Assembly: GCA_013265495.1 (NCBI GenBank)
Contig: MU061560.1
Location: 434,001 to 498,000, forward strand
Origin: Vicugna vicugna
Lineage: Eukaryota
Direction of reading: 5' to 3'
DNA length: 64,000 nucleotides
Made by a program: the position numbers and the translations under genes. The notes below the pieces were generated by a model. That model was not told the origin of the DNA, searched no databases, and worked only from the letters and a program-made list of their open reading frames with translations. This document shows, piece after piece, positions 49,902 to 63,394 of the stretch. Position 1 is the stretch's first letter. Each line of letters opens with the position of its first letter.

Positions 49902-49987
49902 GGCGGGGTGGTGGAACTATAGCTCAGTGGTAGGGCACGTGCTTAGTGTGCACGAGGTCCTGGGTTCAATCCCCAGTATTGCCATTA

Positions 49988-50051
<64 letters not shown>

Positions 50052-50105
50052 AAACCTAATTACTTTCCCCCGTCCCTCCCCCATAAAAGGGGGGAAAAAA
50101 GAATC
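49902..50105 (+). mobile_element. Vic-1-type SINE with expanded (AAAT)n
   Basis: tRNA-Ala-like head and (aaat)n at 49989-50053. TSD taaaaggattttttc at 49887-49901 / 50106-50120. Confidence 0.93.
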
Positions 50106-50404
50106 TAAAAGGATTTTTTCTAATCCAAAGCTAAAAGATGTTAATGTTTAAATTGTTATTTTTCATTATGCCAATGCCATTCTTTCTCAAATATTTCTTT
50201 ATTCACAGTTACTTTTAGGTGAAATGTAATCATGAAATTCTCTTTATTTTTTATTATCATAATTGATATCCTTAGAATTGAGCCACAGGGTTAGACAGTC
50301 TTCATATCATCTAGACTGATCTAGAGAATATGATGGAAGTTTTGGAAGAATTAACTTAAAATCATTCTGGAGATATTTTCTCAAATTACTGTAGTATATT
50401 TACT

Positions 50405-50535
50405 CAGAAATGTTTTTGAGGGGGAGGAAGGTAATTAAGTTTATTTATTTTTGGAGGAGGTACTGGGGATAGAACCCAGGACCTCATGCATGCTAATTAA
50501 GCATGCGCTCTGCCACTTGAGCTACACCCTCCCCC
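50405..50535 (-). mobile_element. Vic-1-type SINE
   Basis: TSD tagtatatttact at 50392-50404 / 50536-50548. Confidence 0.93.
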
Positions 50536-51189
50536 TAGTATATTTACTTTTAAATTTACTGTAGTGCACTTACTGTTTATGCTGTCATAATTTTATCATT
50601 GGTATAATATGTTTATGTCAACTTTATGACAATTTTAGAAATAACTTAAAGATGAAGGGTTATTACGTGAAATATACAAAATTTCTGTGAAAAACTACCT
50701 AGGAATATAAATACTCCTTGTCTTCTAGAAGTTGCTGTCTCTAGAGCAATGATCTGTGAAGGCTTATGTGCCCCAGGGGGTACAAAAGATGAAACATTGC
50801 AGTGCAGGAAGCAGATCCTACTGGAACATTTTGCGTAAGGAATTAAAAAAAAAAGACACTTTAGCATTCCTAACAGTTATAGACTTACTCTGGCATTTTC
50901 ATCCAGTCAGATGTCATCAGGGACGTCCTGTGTGTCAGAACATGTGAGGAACTCTGAGGGAACAGTGGGGGGTGGGCAGTGAGAAGCTCACTTACCTCCT
51001 TTCTGCCCGTGACATTGTAGGCATGGCTGGTTAAATAGACTGAGATAACGTTATCTTAGATAGTGGAATTCTGGCAATACTTGGTAATAAGTGGCCATAA
51101 ACATATTTTGTAGCACCCAGGGGTTTGAAGGTTATATGATGAAGGTTAAATGAGTTGTCAGACCAAAGACATTGTATCTATCTTTTTTT

Positions 51190-52095
51190 TAACAAAAAAT
51201 GCAGATTTTCCCTGTTGACTTGCCTTTCATGATGTGAAAAGAAGTGTCTATCAGTACATATTTAGCAGGTTCTTACCTAGCAGATAAATTCAAAAAAATA
51301 AACACAACCTATCTTTTTGAAGTAAAGGTGACATTTGAATGAGTGCGAAAGTAACTAGTCAGCAGAGGGAAGTGCTCTGTGGACAGAGCATTTTTTAAAT
51401 GATTGTTTGGAAGTGTTTCTATTATTGTGTCATTTTCTCAACAGAATTGATACGTGTATCTTCTCTTTTTTAAAAATTAAAAAAAAATTCACTTCTGTGC
51501 ACACAGCCAAACTTAGAGATCTCTTTTACCTTGTTTTAAAAATTTGGAAATAGTTTTCGTAAGGTTTCAGACCAAATTTTCAAAAGTGAAAAAATGTTAA
51601 CACCTTTTATGACATCAAGGCAGATGGAAGTTCACTGGAAGAATTGCAAGGAAAATCTTTGCATAACTGGTAAATGGGACTGAAAAATGTGTATCATGAT
51701 TTACTAAGTGTAGCCGACAATGTACTTCTTCCCTTTAGAACAGGGGATCTTTCTCAGCTAAGGCAATCATCAGAACCACGTATGGAAGTAAGCTGGCTTA
51801 TGTCTACTGTTTCAAATGTCTGTATCACGAAATATTTAACCAAGACACTTTAAAAAAAAAACAAAGCATATTGAATTACATTGTTTTCTCAAAAACAGTA
51901 TTTTTGTCTTTACACTATCCTTCTTTAAGTTCTATTTTTGTGTTTTATAGTATGCATTTTAGCGCCGTAATACTGTACTTAACGTATGCGTATACACATT
52001 CGTGCGTGCAGGAATGGATATGTACATATTTGGGAGTGCGATGCCCAGATTTCATACTGAGAGGATGTGCCATGAAAAAGTTTGGAGACCACTGT
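51190..52095. mobile_element. hAT-Charlie transposase relic with terminal repeat
   Basis: gacatcaaggcagatgga...aaaatctttgcataactgg...gtacttcttccct, ending aaaaagtttggagaccactg. Confidence 0.65.
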
Positions 52096-54189
52096 CCTAG
52101 AAAGCCTTTCCTGTCCCTCCCCTGTGCACCTACAACAAGTGATGGATAAACTTGTCAGTCACCATTTTACTCGTTTGCTCTCCCTTTGACTTATTAGAAC
52201 AGACCATTTAATGAGATTAATTATAGGTATAAATAAATGTTCAAAAGGAAATCCAGAAGTAGTGAAATTAGTCATATGTGAAGACCTTAAGGCCATAGGA
52301 ATTGGAAAGAACAGTGTGGCTAAAGAAAAATGAGATTCCAGGAAAGTGATGATCAGGACTTTCTAAAAAAAAACTCCTAAGGGCTTAGCAGTGTGCCATG
52401 TACACTGTATTGAGTCCCATGTTGGGACGCTATAATTCTTTGTAAATAAGTGGATGAAACAATTTTGGAAGGGATCTCAGACTGATGGCTCAAAATTTTC
52501 GTTGACTCACACAGTTTTTTTGAGTTTTGAAATTTAAATTAGAAGTCATTCTCTAATTTGCCGCTGGTAACTAATTCATACTGTTTTGAACCCATTTGTG
52601 TTACCTGCCTAGATGCTAAACACACTTGCCTTTGCTACCTGTGTAGAGGATGAATATAAGCCATACCTCATACATGGTGAGCTGTTCGCCAACATACGAT
52701 TTCTTATCTTGAGTTCTGCTAGCGGTTAATGTTCAAACTAAAGTATGTGTCTGAAAGACTATGGACATTTTATAATCCTTAGGGTAATATTAAAAATCTG
52801 TTTCAGCATTATTGGTAAGGTTTGCAGTTTATAGATTGCCAGGATAATAATCTAAAAACTTCAAACAAGTAAATTTAAAAGTACCAGTTCATTAGTTAAG
52901 CCCTTATGATAGAAACAGGGTTAAAAAAATTAGATCCCTTTTTATCTTTGATCTTATTTCCTACCACAAAGACAATAACTTAGAAAAGTTATCTGAAAGC
53001 TTACTGCAATGTGGATCAACTAATGTTCTGTCTGTCTTTCTTTGGGATTCTCTTTATTCCTGTAGCACACTTCTGAGGTGGCATCAAAAAGGAAGCTTCT
53101 TGCTTAATTGTGTCATTTTATCTGAGGGATAAAAGGGAAGAAATAAACAGAGTGGCTGGTTTGCAAAAATAGGATGGTGCTGGTTATATATTTTCTTTCT
53201 GCATTCTGAGTTTGCCCTTTAGGAATATTTGGGCAACACAAGAGGCCTAGACAGTTGTGTTACACCAGCAAGCTGCGCACTAGGGCACTGGGGGAAGGAA
53301 GACAGTAGTAAAAAGAAATCTGGATAAGGTAGCTGATTAAAAAGGGGGAGAAATGAAAGCTCTCCCTCTTTGCTCCCAAGTTAGGAGAAGTAACTGGCTG
53401 TACTTCACCCTTTATCTGACCTGGCTAGGGCAAAGCCTAAGTTTTATTTTCTTAAAGCCTCAGAGGAGCCTTTTCTGGAAGCAGCGTGGTTATTTCAAAG
53501 CTGGAAAAAGTAATTGTTAGGTTCCTGTGGAAATTTATGAAAAGAAAACATTTTTCTTGACTTCCTTCTCAAAACCTGTGATTGATGGAAGGAACGTGGT
53601 TTGGGAACGTATTTTGAAAGCAGAGTGGCAAGAGATGAGACTGGAAAGGTGAGCAGAGGACAGTGCCTTCAGGCCTTGCCTGAAGTTTGCATTTCATTCG
53701 CAGTGCAGTCAGCCACCATGGAGGGTCACCAGCTGGCAAGTGGTGAATGTGGTGCAGGCCACAGTGAAGTCTGCAAGTATGCCACAGATTTCCTCACTTT
53801 AGGGCCTGAAATAAGATCCTTTTCCTTCTTTTGCTGCCCGGTGAAATCTTACTTACCCCTCCAGATGAAGTCCAAACCTCCTTTTTCCGTCGAAGGAAGT
53901 AGTTTCCAGGTGTATGGAATGAGAGCATGGAGCTGAAAAGAGAGGTTGGTACTGGGGTTAGATGTTTCAGGGTCTTGTGCGCAGTGGGAGGAGCTGCAGC
54001 CCTTGAGTGAATCGATTGTCCACAGGAGATCTTGAAGAAAGAGTAGAATGCGAAGGAACAGTACAGACAGTCGTCAGTCCACGCTAGAGAATTCATAACC
54101 ATGAGCAAACAGATTGAGGGACAGCAGGGACAGGCCCCCCAGAGGTTGGGTGGCATAAGTTGATGGAGGAAAAGTGATCTAGTTGCAAT

Positions 54190-54360
54190 AATTTTTTTTT
54201 AATTTTGGTAAAATATACATAACATAAAATTTACCATTTTAGCCATTTTTAAATGTGCTATTCTCCGACATCAGTACATTCACATTGTTCTTCCACCAGC
54301 ACCACTATCTCTAGAATTGTTTCATCTTCCCCAATGAAAATTTTATACTCATTTAATAGT
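54190..54360 (-). mobile_element. L1MA/MB 3' tip
   Basis: ggtaaaatatacataacataaaatttaccattttagccatttttaaatg. Confidence 0.85.
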
Positions 54361-54597
54361 TGCAGTAATATTTTGTTTGCAATACATGTCAACCACGGTG
54401 CTAAAACTCTATATAGGGGGACATTGTCATGGTAGGGATAGATAAAAGAGATGCAAGGACGGGGCACTGAACTGCCCGAGAGAGCATTTGCAGAGTGACT
54501 CCCTTGTGAGATGGGTGAGGCAGAAGCAGAGGGAGGGGTTGAACAGAGAAGAGAAATGAACGTAGGTGCCCGGCGACTTAAGTGCTTTGTGTATGTT

Positions 54598-54717
54598 TTT
54601 TATTTGGGGGGGATTAGGTTTACTTATTTATTTATTTTTAGAGGAGGTCCTGGGGATTGAACCCAGGACCTCGTGCGTGCTAAGCATGCGCTCTACCACT
54701 TGAGCTATACCCTCCCC
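54598..54717 (-). mobile_element. Vic-1-type SINE
   Basis: TSD ctttgtgtatgtt at 54585-54597 / 54719-54731. Confidence 0.93.
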
Positions 54718-55764
54718 TCTTTGTGTATGTTCTTTAATGAAACTATTCTCAGATCTAAGAATAGGTTCATTCAAGAGTTTAGAGTAGGAGAGGTAGAAAT
54801 GTAGCTGGTGGCAGGATGGGAAGTGTAGAATTCAAAATCTCAGAATTAACCACTTGATAAAGTGAATGTGATTTACTTACAGGAAATGCATAGCTCGTCC
54901 AGTCTAGGATAGTTACCTGGCATTGATCGAGAGGAATCCAGAGAAATTCTGTAAGAACAGTAATGGTCATAATTAAGGAAGAAACACCGTATGTATCAAT
55001 TAAGTTTGTTTCTGCTTTGAATTTAGGTAATATCAGTTACCTGGAATTAGAACAAAAACAAAATTGAAAATTAAAAAAAAGTATGCCTTTATCTTAAAGA
55101 GCCGGCCATGATAGGGGAAGTGATGAAACAGAAGAAATACCACTAACCTAAAAGTGTGTTTGCCTCTGAGCGAATGAGTGATGTGCTGCAGGATTCCACA
55201 CAGATAAGGTCAGAGAAACTGTAAATTGGAGCATTCCATAGTTGAGATAAGGAATCAGTCCTTTTATTCTCTAGAATTAAATATTTTTAATTAGAAGAGA
55301 ATCATTGAGGTCAGATGACGTTTCAGATACAAGGTTTCTTCTCCGAAACTGCATACCTAAAATACACAAACTATTGCTATCCACACGCCGTTAGAAGGAT
55401 GTGTGGCGTCTCGTCATGGGCTTCCAAAGTAGAAGAGTAACGGAACCGAGTTAAAACCCAGAATGGGCAGCAGTGTAATCCAGGATTGTGTTATCATCCA
55501 TCTGGAAACCCTGGTTTGGGAGGTGCTGTCTACCTGAACAATATATGTGGTTGGGACTTTAAGTGAACATTTAACTAAAGAATTAATATAAAAATCACAG
55601 GAAAAAGATACAGTGAGCCAGGGATTATCTCTACTGTTGATGATGAGAAAGGCAATAGGTCTACTAAAAATCACTTAGCTTTGAGTTTATACTATCCAAG
55701 GCAAACCATCTGTTTCACAGCCTCCTGCTTTCTTAAAGAATAAATTGCTTTTATTTGCTCCTTA

Positions 55765-56275
55765 ATCTTTTTAAATTAAGAGATAATTTATATACAGTAC
55801 AATTCTCCCTCTTTAGCTTGTAATTCTGAGTTTTAACAAATGCTTACAGTCATTTAACTGCCACAACGTTAAGATGTGGAACAGCCCCATCACCTTTGAA
55901 AATTCTGTCCTACCCTTTTGTAATCAAGCAGTTCCTCATTTTTCCCTGTAACCTCGGATTTATTTTCTGTTCCTGTATGCTTGCCTCTTCCAGAATGTGG
56001 AACCTTATACATGGAACCTTTTAAATTGGCTTCTTTCTAATGCACACACGTGTCCCCAGTTCATTCCTTGAGTGCTACGCCATTGTACGGGTGGACCACA
56101 GTTTGCTTATCCATTCACTGAGTGAAGATCAGCTGGGTGGTTTCCAGCTTTTGGTAACCTCTGTAAACATTCTTGTGCAGGTTTTTGTGTGAATGTACGT
56201 ATTCATTTCACTTGGTAAGTACCTAGCAGTGTGATTGCTGGGTCATATGGAAGTGCTTGTTTATAAGAAACTGCT
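55765..56275 (-). mobile_element. L1M 3' region
   Basis: aagagataatttatatacagtac...ttatccattcact...gattgctgggtcatatgg. Confidence 0.8.
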
Positions 56276-57371
56276 GTGGCTACTGTTGGGTAGCTTAAAT
56301 TTAGTTACAAATTTGTGGTGGATGCTGAATATAATTGCAGATTATCTGCTGTGGACAGTGAGATTCAGTGATATTTTAATTATCACTTCCTAGTTGCAAA
56401 TCATATTTTAGTTTTCTAGTTTTCATCCATATAGATTCAAAATTAGATTCTATTGTATCTTAATTTATTGTGCAAAACTGAATTTAATTTCTTCAAGGTT
56501 ATTATCTTACTAGTGTTACTGACCAAGATTTTTAACATCTTAAACCTACTTTTCTTTTCTGCAGAATGGTAATTATTATTCCTTACCTTACCTGTATTAT
56601 TCCTTTTACAGAAAAGCATTCCATTCTGTAAAAAAGTGATAAATTATTATTACCTCACAGTGAGGATTTAATGAAATGCTGCATGGAAAGTGCTTACCAG
56701 AGCACCTGGCACAAAGTAAATGTTAGCTACGGAAAAAGAAAAGGTATTTGTTTGAAAACGAAACCTGAGATTATAATTTAAACATTGCTATCAAAACTCA
56801 GAAAGCACAGAAGTTGGTGCATTTTCATGACAGGGAAACATTCTGCTTTTTACATTACTGAAATTTGCCAAGGCTAAGTGGTTTTGGAATCAAATATAAA
56901 CAGTTTTCCTGTCACAGTGAAATTTAAACACATGGGCAGAGTTTGTGAAGGACATAGACGATAATTCAGGTTTTTATCCTTCTTTCTTTGACTCCTTTTC
57001 TCCATGTTTGAATTGTCTATTCTTTTTAGATTAAAACGTATTCATGCCTAATGTGCAGATTTCTTTTATTAAGAATTATTAAGTTGATAGGTCCACTTTT
57101 TGTTGAGCAGACGGAAATTCCTGTGAGTCCCATCTGAATATGTAACACATAACCCTCACACTGCGTCTGGAGTGTTGCCCACCTGCCCTGACTTTAAGCT
57201 GTTCCCAAGCAGGTACAATTGAGCCAGAGCTTTAGGCATCAGGGAGTGTCAACAGGACCCTAGACAGGGAAGTCTCTGCCTGAGTGGTTCTCCAAGTATG
57301 GTCCCTGAATTGCAGTCCCGGATGAGTAGTGTCAGCGTCACCTGGGAGCTTGTTAGAAATGCAAATTCTGG

Positions 57372-58074
57372 CAGCCATTGTGGAAAACAGTATGGAGATT
57401 CCTCAAGAGACTAAAAATAGACTTACCATATGACCCAGCAATCCCACTCCTGTGCATATATCCAGAAGGAACCCTAATTCAAAAAGATACCTGCACCCCA
57501 ACGTTCATAGCAGCACTATTTACAATAGCCAAGACATGGAAACAGCCTAAATGTCCATCGACAGATGACTGGATAAAGAAGCCGTGGTATATTTATACAA
57601 TGGAATACTACTCGGCCACATTAAAAATAATAAGGCCTTCTGCAGCAACATGGATGCTCCTGGAGAATGTCATTCTAAATGAAGTAAGGCAGAAAGAGAA
57701 AGAAAAATACCACATGGTATCACTCATATGTGGAATCTAAAAAAAAAAGACAAATTAACTTATATATAAAATAGAAACAGACTCACAGACATAGAATACA
57801 GACTTGTAGTTGCCAGAGGGGAGAGGGGTGGGAAGGGATAAACTGAGAATTCGAGATTTGCAGATACTGACTGGTATATATAAAATAGATAAACAAGTTT
57901 ATACTGTATAGCACAGGGAAATATATTCGATATCTTGTAGTAGCTCATGATGAAAAAGAATAGGAAAATGAATATATGTATATTCATTTATGACTTTGTG
58001 CTGTACACCAGAAATAGACACATTGTAAACTGACTATAACTCAATAAAAATAAATAAAAAAGAAATTAAAAAAA
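57372..58074 (+). mobile_element. Young 5'-truncated L1 (ORF2 C-terminus, 3' UTR, poly(A))
   Basis: ORF 57378-57740 ([24 protein letters not shown]...YHMVSLICGI) is L1 ORF2. Perfect 17-bp TSD agaaatgcaaattctgg at 57355-57371 / 58075-58091. Confidence 0.97.
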
Positions 58075-58162
58075 AGAAATGCAAATTCTGGGGTTCTACC
58101 ACAGATTGGTTGAATTCAACTCCTGAGGGGACCAGGCAGTGTGTATTTTAAAACACCATCCA

Positions 58163-58224
58163 ATTTGACATAACGTTGTAAAATGACTATAACTCAATAA
58201 AAAAAAATGTAATAAAAAAATAAA
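58163..58224 (+). mobile_element. Very short L1 3' tip
   Basis: atttgacataacgttgtaaaatgactataactcaataaaa. TSD taaaa(ca/tg)ccatcca. Confidence 0.85.
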
Positions 58225-61200
58225 TAAAATGCCATCCAGGTGATCTGATGTGTGAGAACCACTGCATCTGGACACACTGAGGAGGGTTTTGGAGAGGTGA
58301 CTTTGAACTGTAAGAGTGATGTCTGTGGCTTGTTACTTCATTGTGATTTTTACAAATATTTTAATTGACACTAATTTTTTAGGGCTATGCAGAATTTTGG
58401 AAATACTGATTAAATGCTATAAACTTATAAAGATATGGAAAAATAAATAATATCTTACCAGTTAAATAATGCTCCGAAATAAAATATAAACTTTGGTTTT
58501 CTTAGGAAATTTGAGGAGTATTTATCCACTCTGCATTGTTTATTCAGCAAGATCAGTGAGCTGTGCTCAAATGGATAGTCAGTCGTTAAGTGGCAAAATA
58601 ATATTTGAGATAATTCAGAATGACATTTTAACATCTTCAAGCATGTGAATCTTGAATCTGTAACCTCTTTGGTCCAGGGCATGGACCCAGTTCAAGTGGA
58701 AACAAACTGTTTTCATGTTGGCTTTTTGGGAGCATTACTAACAGTTAAGGAATTAGTCAGTTTATAAACTGTCCTATTCCCAAATGCATTTCTAGTGCAT
58801 CTGAAGCGCCCATGGACCTCCGGTATTGTTTGTTTTACTGTAAAAAACAGACATCTCTCCATCCTCCAGTACTTGGTCTCATGAAGCACTCTGCAGCAGC
58901 CCTCCTCTGGGGAGGTGTGGCATTGTATGCACGAGGTCGTCCTTGAGCAGTTAGGTCCAAGAAGGTCCTGAAGTGAGCAGTGCACCATCCGAGCTCCCGG
59001 CTGGCATGTGGGGTCTGCAGGTCATCAGAGGCTTTAAAGCCAGGAGTGAGATTTTATTACATGAACTTTAAAAGAGTAAAAGCCAAATATTTTCTTATTA
59101 AACCAAAGTAGACTGATTATCAGTATACGTGAAAGCATGTCCACTGATCAAGGTAAGTGGTTTCATTTTCTGATGTATCTTTCTCTCTCTCTCTCTCTTT
59201 TTTTTTTTTTCCAGTGTGTGGGTCAGTCTGTAACACAGCATGCTGAGAGACATGAAAGTTGCAATGTTTGGTTTTAAGTTAAGAATAAGGTTCACATTAT
59301 TTTTTCACTTTAACGTTAAAATGTGTACTATTTTCATGGTTTTTAGCTCTTCCGGGGGCTGTTTCTGGGTCAGTGAACTACAAGTTTAATATAGTTCTGT
59401 TTCTCTGACTCATTCTTAGTAACATTAGAAAAGTTTGAAACTTTAGTCACTGATGGGAGAATGACGAGAAAGAAAGCAAAAGTTTTCTCTTTTTTCTTCC
59501 ATTTCTGGTGTGAACAAAGCGAAGAAATGTTTGCCACTCATCCTTTTCTAGGACTGCTGCATGTGTACTGTCCTGTTCCAGCAAGCAGGCAGACACATCC
59601 CACCATCCCCGTCTTCTTGTTTTCCATATAAGAGATTGTTGCAGGGACAGGCATGGATTTTTTTTTTTTGATTGCTAGTGGCATTAAGCCACTGTTTTTT
59701 CCTCCAGAATTCTAGAGGGCATTTTAATGAGAAATTGATTCTTTCAAAGAATAATGAAACTCTGCTGTGTGGTAGAAATGTAATCATGTGACAGGAAATT
59801 TCTGCTAAAAATATTTTTTAAAACTGGTATGGGTACGTTTTGTGAAGCTGTTTTCCCATCGTGGGTGCATGGACCTTCCTGAAGAATGTCTACCCTGCTT
59901 GTCTATGCCGTTAAAACAAGGTGAACTGAATCTTAGGCAGTCTGCACAGTCACCAGGATTCTCTGGTAGTGTCACCTCTTTGCTTCTTTTGGCCTGGGGA
60001 GGGGGCTGGGGTTGCGCTGGGTGTGGAAGCCCAAGGGCGGGGTTGCAGCGAGGACGAGGCTCCCTCCCACAGCTGCACAGCCTGGCTGGCCCTGCTCCCA
60101 GGTTCTAGGAGCTGCTAGAGATGCTGTAACCCCGTCCCTGCCTGCCCCGGCCCCCTCCGTTATTCAGGGAGAAGCCTCAGTTCCTTTACAAGGATTCCAC
60201 TTGTTCTTGTACCAAGTTCAAGGCTTGTGGGCTCTCTCCACGGTTTGCCATTGTACTCTAAAGATGGGATTTTTTTTTTTAAGCAGCGAAAGGGAAGTAT
60301 TTTCTTTCTCTATTAGTGAAGTTCTCTCTTCCTCTGAAACGGCGTCTATTGTTTCTCATTCCACCTTCAGATACTTAGGGATGGTTGGAGAGAAGCAGTG
60401 TTCCCTCCTGAAAAGCAGCCCGGATGGAGAGAAAAGTGCTTCCCGGAGTCTTCTGCTCTAATGGAAACCTCTGTGTAATGCGTGGCCACTACAGTTTACA
60501 CGTTCCTTTTAAGGTTTTTAAACTGAAAAGCCAGTCATGTAGCACTTCCTGTCCACACTGCTGGGTTATTTGACTGCTATTTTGTTGTCCAAGAAAAATT
60601 TTAAATATGTACATTTAGTGTACATGTTACTTGTAAAAGTTTCGTCCCTTTTTAATGACTTGAAGAAACTTTCCTTTTTAAAACTTATGCTTGTAGGCAA
60701 ACTCCCATGAAAACTGAAAAGAGAAAAATGGAATGTGAGGCATGGCTCAATGGGAAGTACTCTCCAGTCTTTGCAGGGATGATAAAGTGGCCTTCATTTG
60801 ATATGCATTCAAATTGTGTGTAAATTAAATTGCAATTCAGGATTAAGATTTAAACTTGAACAGCCCTCCTTAGACACTGGAATACCAGTCAGTCAAAAAA
60901 TAAAAAAACCTTTCCCTGGGTGCTTATGAGGTTTAGGCATCCCTGCTACCTTTCTGACGTACCATCTGGTCATCATCTGTATGCTGTGCTATTTCTTATG
61001 TATAAATTAGGGAGCTAACTTTTATCGGTCTGAAATTTATTCTTAAAGGTCTTCACCCTGATTTAATGATGTTCTCTGACTTAGCCCTCCCACAGTCCCT
61101 GTTTTGCTCTGTTTAATGGTCTTTCCCCTGCTAGTTGACCCAGGGCCTGCAGTCGGTCAGTCATACGTTGCAGCAGGTGGAAGGAGAGTGCCTCAGAAAA

Positions 61201-61444
61201 GAAGAACAGTGTTAGTCACGGAAGCTGGTGGTTCTTAAACCCTGGCCTGGGCAAAACCTCTCTTTCCCCTCTTAGACAAAAAACCTGCTAAGTTGTTGTA
61301 GCCTGGCCATCTCCACGTCATTATATATTTCTTATGCTTGGGCCCCAAACCCTCGTCTTCCTTGAGTCTTTTTTCTCTTACCAATCTATTAGTCCAATCT
61401 GTCAATCAGTTCTACTTTGAGAGATATCAAATTGACCGTGTCCC

Positions 61445-61627
61445 TTTTTTTTTATTAAGTGAAAGCAAGTTTATTTAGAGAGACACATTCCATAGACAGA
61501 ATGCGGTCTGTCTCAGAAGGGAGAACAGCCCTGGAGCGTGGGTCATCTCGGAAAGGGAGAGTGGCCCTAGGAGATGTCATTCCAGAGACATAGAGAGGCC
61601 GTCTCAGAAGGCAGAAGAAGCCCCAGC
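61445..61627 (-). mobile_element. MER41-like LTR 3' fragment with poly(A) and TSD
   Basis: Minus strand ends ...gtgtctctctaaataaacttgctttcactt-A tail. TSD tgacc(g/a)tgtc at 61433-61442 / 61628-61637. Confidence 0.8.
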
Positions 61628-63369
61628 TGACCATGTCTTAATGCCTCCACTGCTACTTGCCCGGTCCAGGCCACACTCAGCTTTTCCTTGGATTATTCCG
61701 GTAGCTACCTCTCCATGGAAGGTTCCTCTTCAGAACCTCCTGAAGTCTGTCACCCAGCAGGCTGAGTGCACCTTTAAAAATGGAAAGCAAGGCATGGTCT
61801 CCTGTGCTCAGAACCTGTCAGTGGAGTCCCATCTCTGCCCTCTCAGGGACGTGCAAAGCCCTGCCTGTCCTGATGCCAGCCTCTGCCCTGTTAACTCTCT
61901 GCCCTCAGTGTGCTCCCTGCTCATTCTGATCTATCTGTGAAGTCTGAGAGGCCAAACTGAGCCCACTTAGCAAGAACTGAGACGAAGTTGTGGGGCGGAG
62001 GGTGGGCCTGGTAGTGAGAATGGAGCCTTTGGAGGGCTCAGTAAATGATTTTGTATTGTGAATTACAGGGTTCTCTTGGGAGACAGGAAATAGATGGGAG
62101 AAGTTTTGGGGTGTGAGACCAAGAAATTTGGGGAACAGTTTGCATGAAGAAAATTGTGGCAAGATGAAGAGAAAATATTTAAGATGTTTTGCTATGTTCG
62201 AAGGGTGTACTCCCCCCTGTATTTTTCCTTCACCTCCTTTTTTTCTTATTTTTTTCCCTCCTGGGCTTAAGACAGTTAACTCTCTGAAACGCTGTTATAG
62301 GGAAAAGGTAGGAAAGGAAAGTTGATAGAATAAAATGTAACAGCCTAGAAATGTTTCCTGTTTATAGTTCTGTAGAACTTGATTTGAAGGGGTGGAAAAC
62401 CAGTACAAGCAGGGGCTACATGACAGATGTCACCGCACAGGGGACATGTTTGGAGAATGAAAAGGAGGAGCGATAGACTGTTTTATTTGATTCAAGGAGA
62501 TTTCCTCGAAAAAGATCGCATTGGAACTAGATTAATTTGTTTAAAGAAGGACTATCGAGCTAAGGGAACCAACAAGTGCAGAAACACGCAGAGATGTGAA
62601 AAGATTGTAACGTGTTACAGGAATAGAGAAGATCGGAATGCGGCTAGAGCGTTAGGGGTGTGTGGCTGAAGCCGTCACCGGTAGTTTGATGTCTGACGGT
62701 AAAGGGTCTTCTATGGAAATTAGAGTTTTTTCCTGTGGATCTTGCAGTCCCGTTAAAGGATTTTAAATAAGAGAGTAAGAAGATTGGTTTCAGCATGGAA
62801 TGAATTCCATACAAATAGAATATATACCTTAACACAAGAAAGCAAGGAAGGACCATTTACATGATACAGAACGTTCAGTTGGTTACCCTTCCGACCAAAT
62901 ACTTCTCTGTTATATTTATTACAGACGTTGCAGTCAGTTCAGTATAGGCCAGTAGTCACACCGTTTTAACATTTAGTAGTGTGAAGCACATTTAACTTGT
63001 GTCCAAAGGGATATGCGATGTGGTTTTTGTTTCAGAGGAGTAGAAGTGTTTGAATTACTGTCTGCTCTTTAATGTTACAACTAACCATTCCTTTGCTTCA
63101 TCAAGGCCAGTGCCTGTGGTTGCTGAAGTTTTTGAACATTTGCCGTTTTCAGTCTTTCAAGGCAGGTAACCTGCGTGAATTTGCCATCTCTGAGGGATCC
63201 ATGGCCTGTTCCGTGTTAACCTTTTTCTTTGTAGGAGCAGTGATATTAGACATAACTAAGTGTGACTGACTTAATGCTGTTTTAAAATTCAGAATTAGAA
63301 AAAATGGTTACATTTGATGGCTTGGCTTATTTTTCTTCCTAACTTCCTTTATCTGTCAGCCAGAAAAAA

Positions 63370-63394
63370 ATATATATATATATACACACACACA

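Larger units (their letters stand above)
57282..58264. mobile_element. MER5A split by two L1 insertions
   Basis: gtggttctccaagtatggtccc...cacctgggagcttgttagaaatgcaaattct...ccaggtgatctgatg..tgagaaccactg. Confidence 0.85.

Noticed and set aside
49902..49985. tRNA-Ala gene (also the other seven tRNA-like heads)
   Set aside because: All have the SINE tail, an A-rich end, mutations disrupting the cloverleaf and, in most cases, visible TSDs. They are SINEs, not tRNA genes.
57378..57740. 120-aa ORF as a host gene
   Set aside because: It is the L1 ORF2 C-terminus in a 5'-truncated copy.
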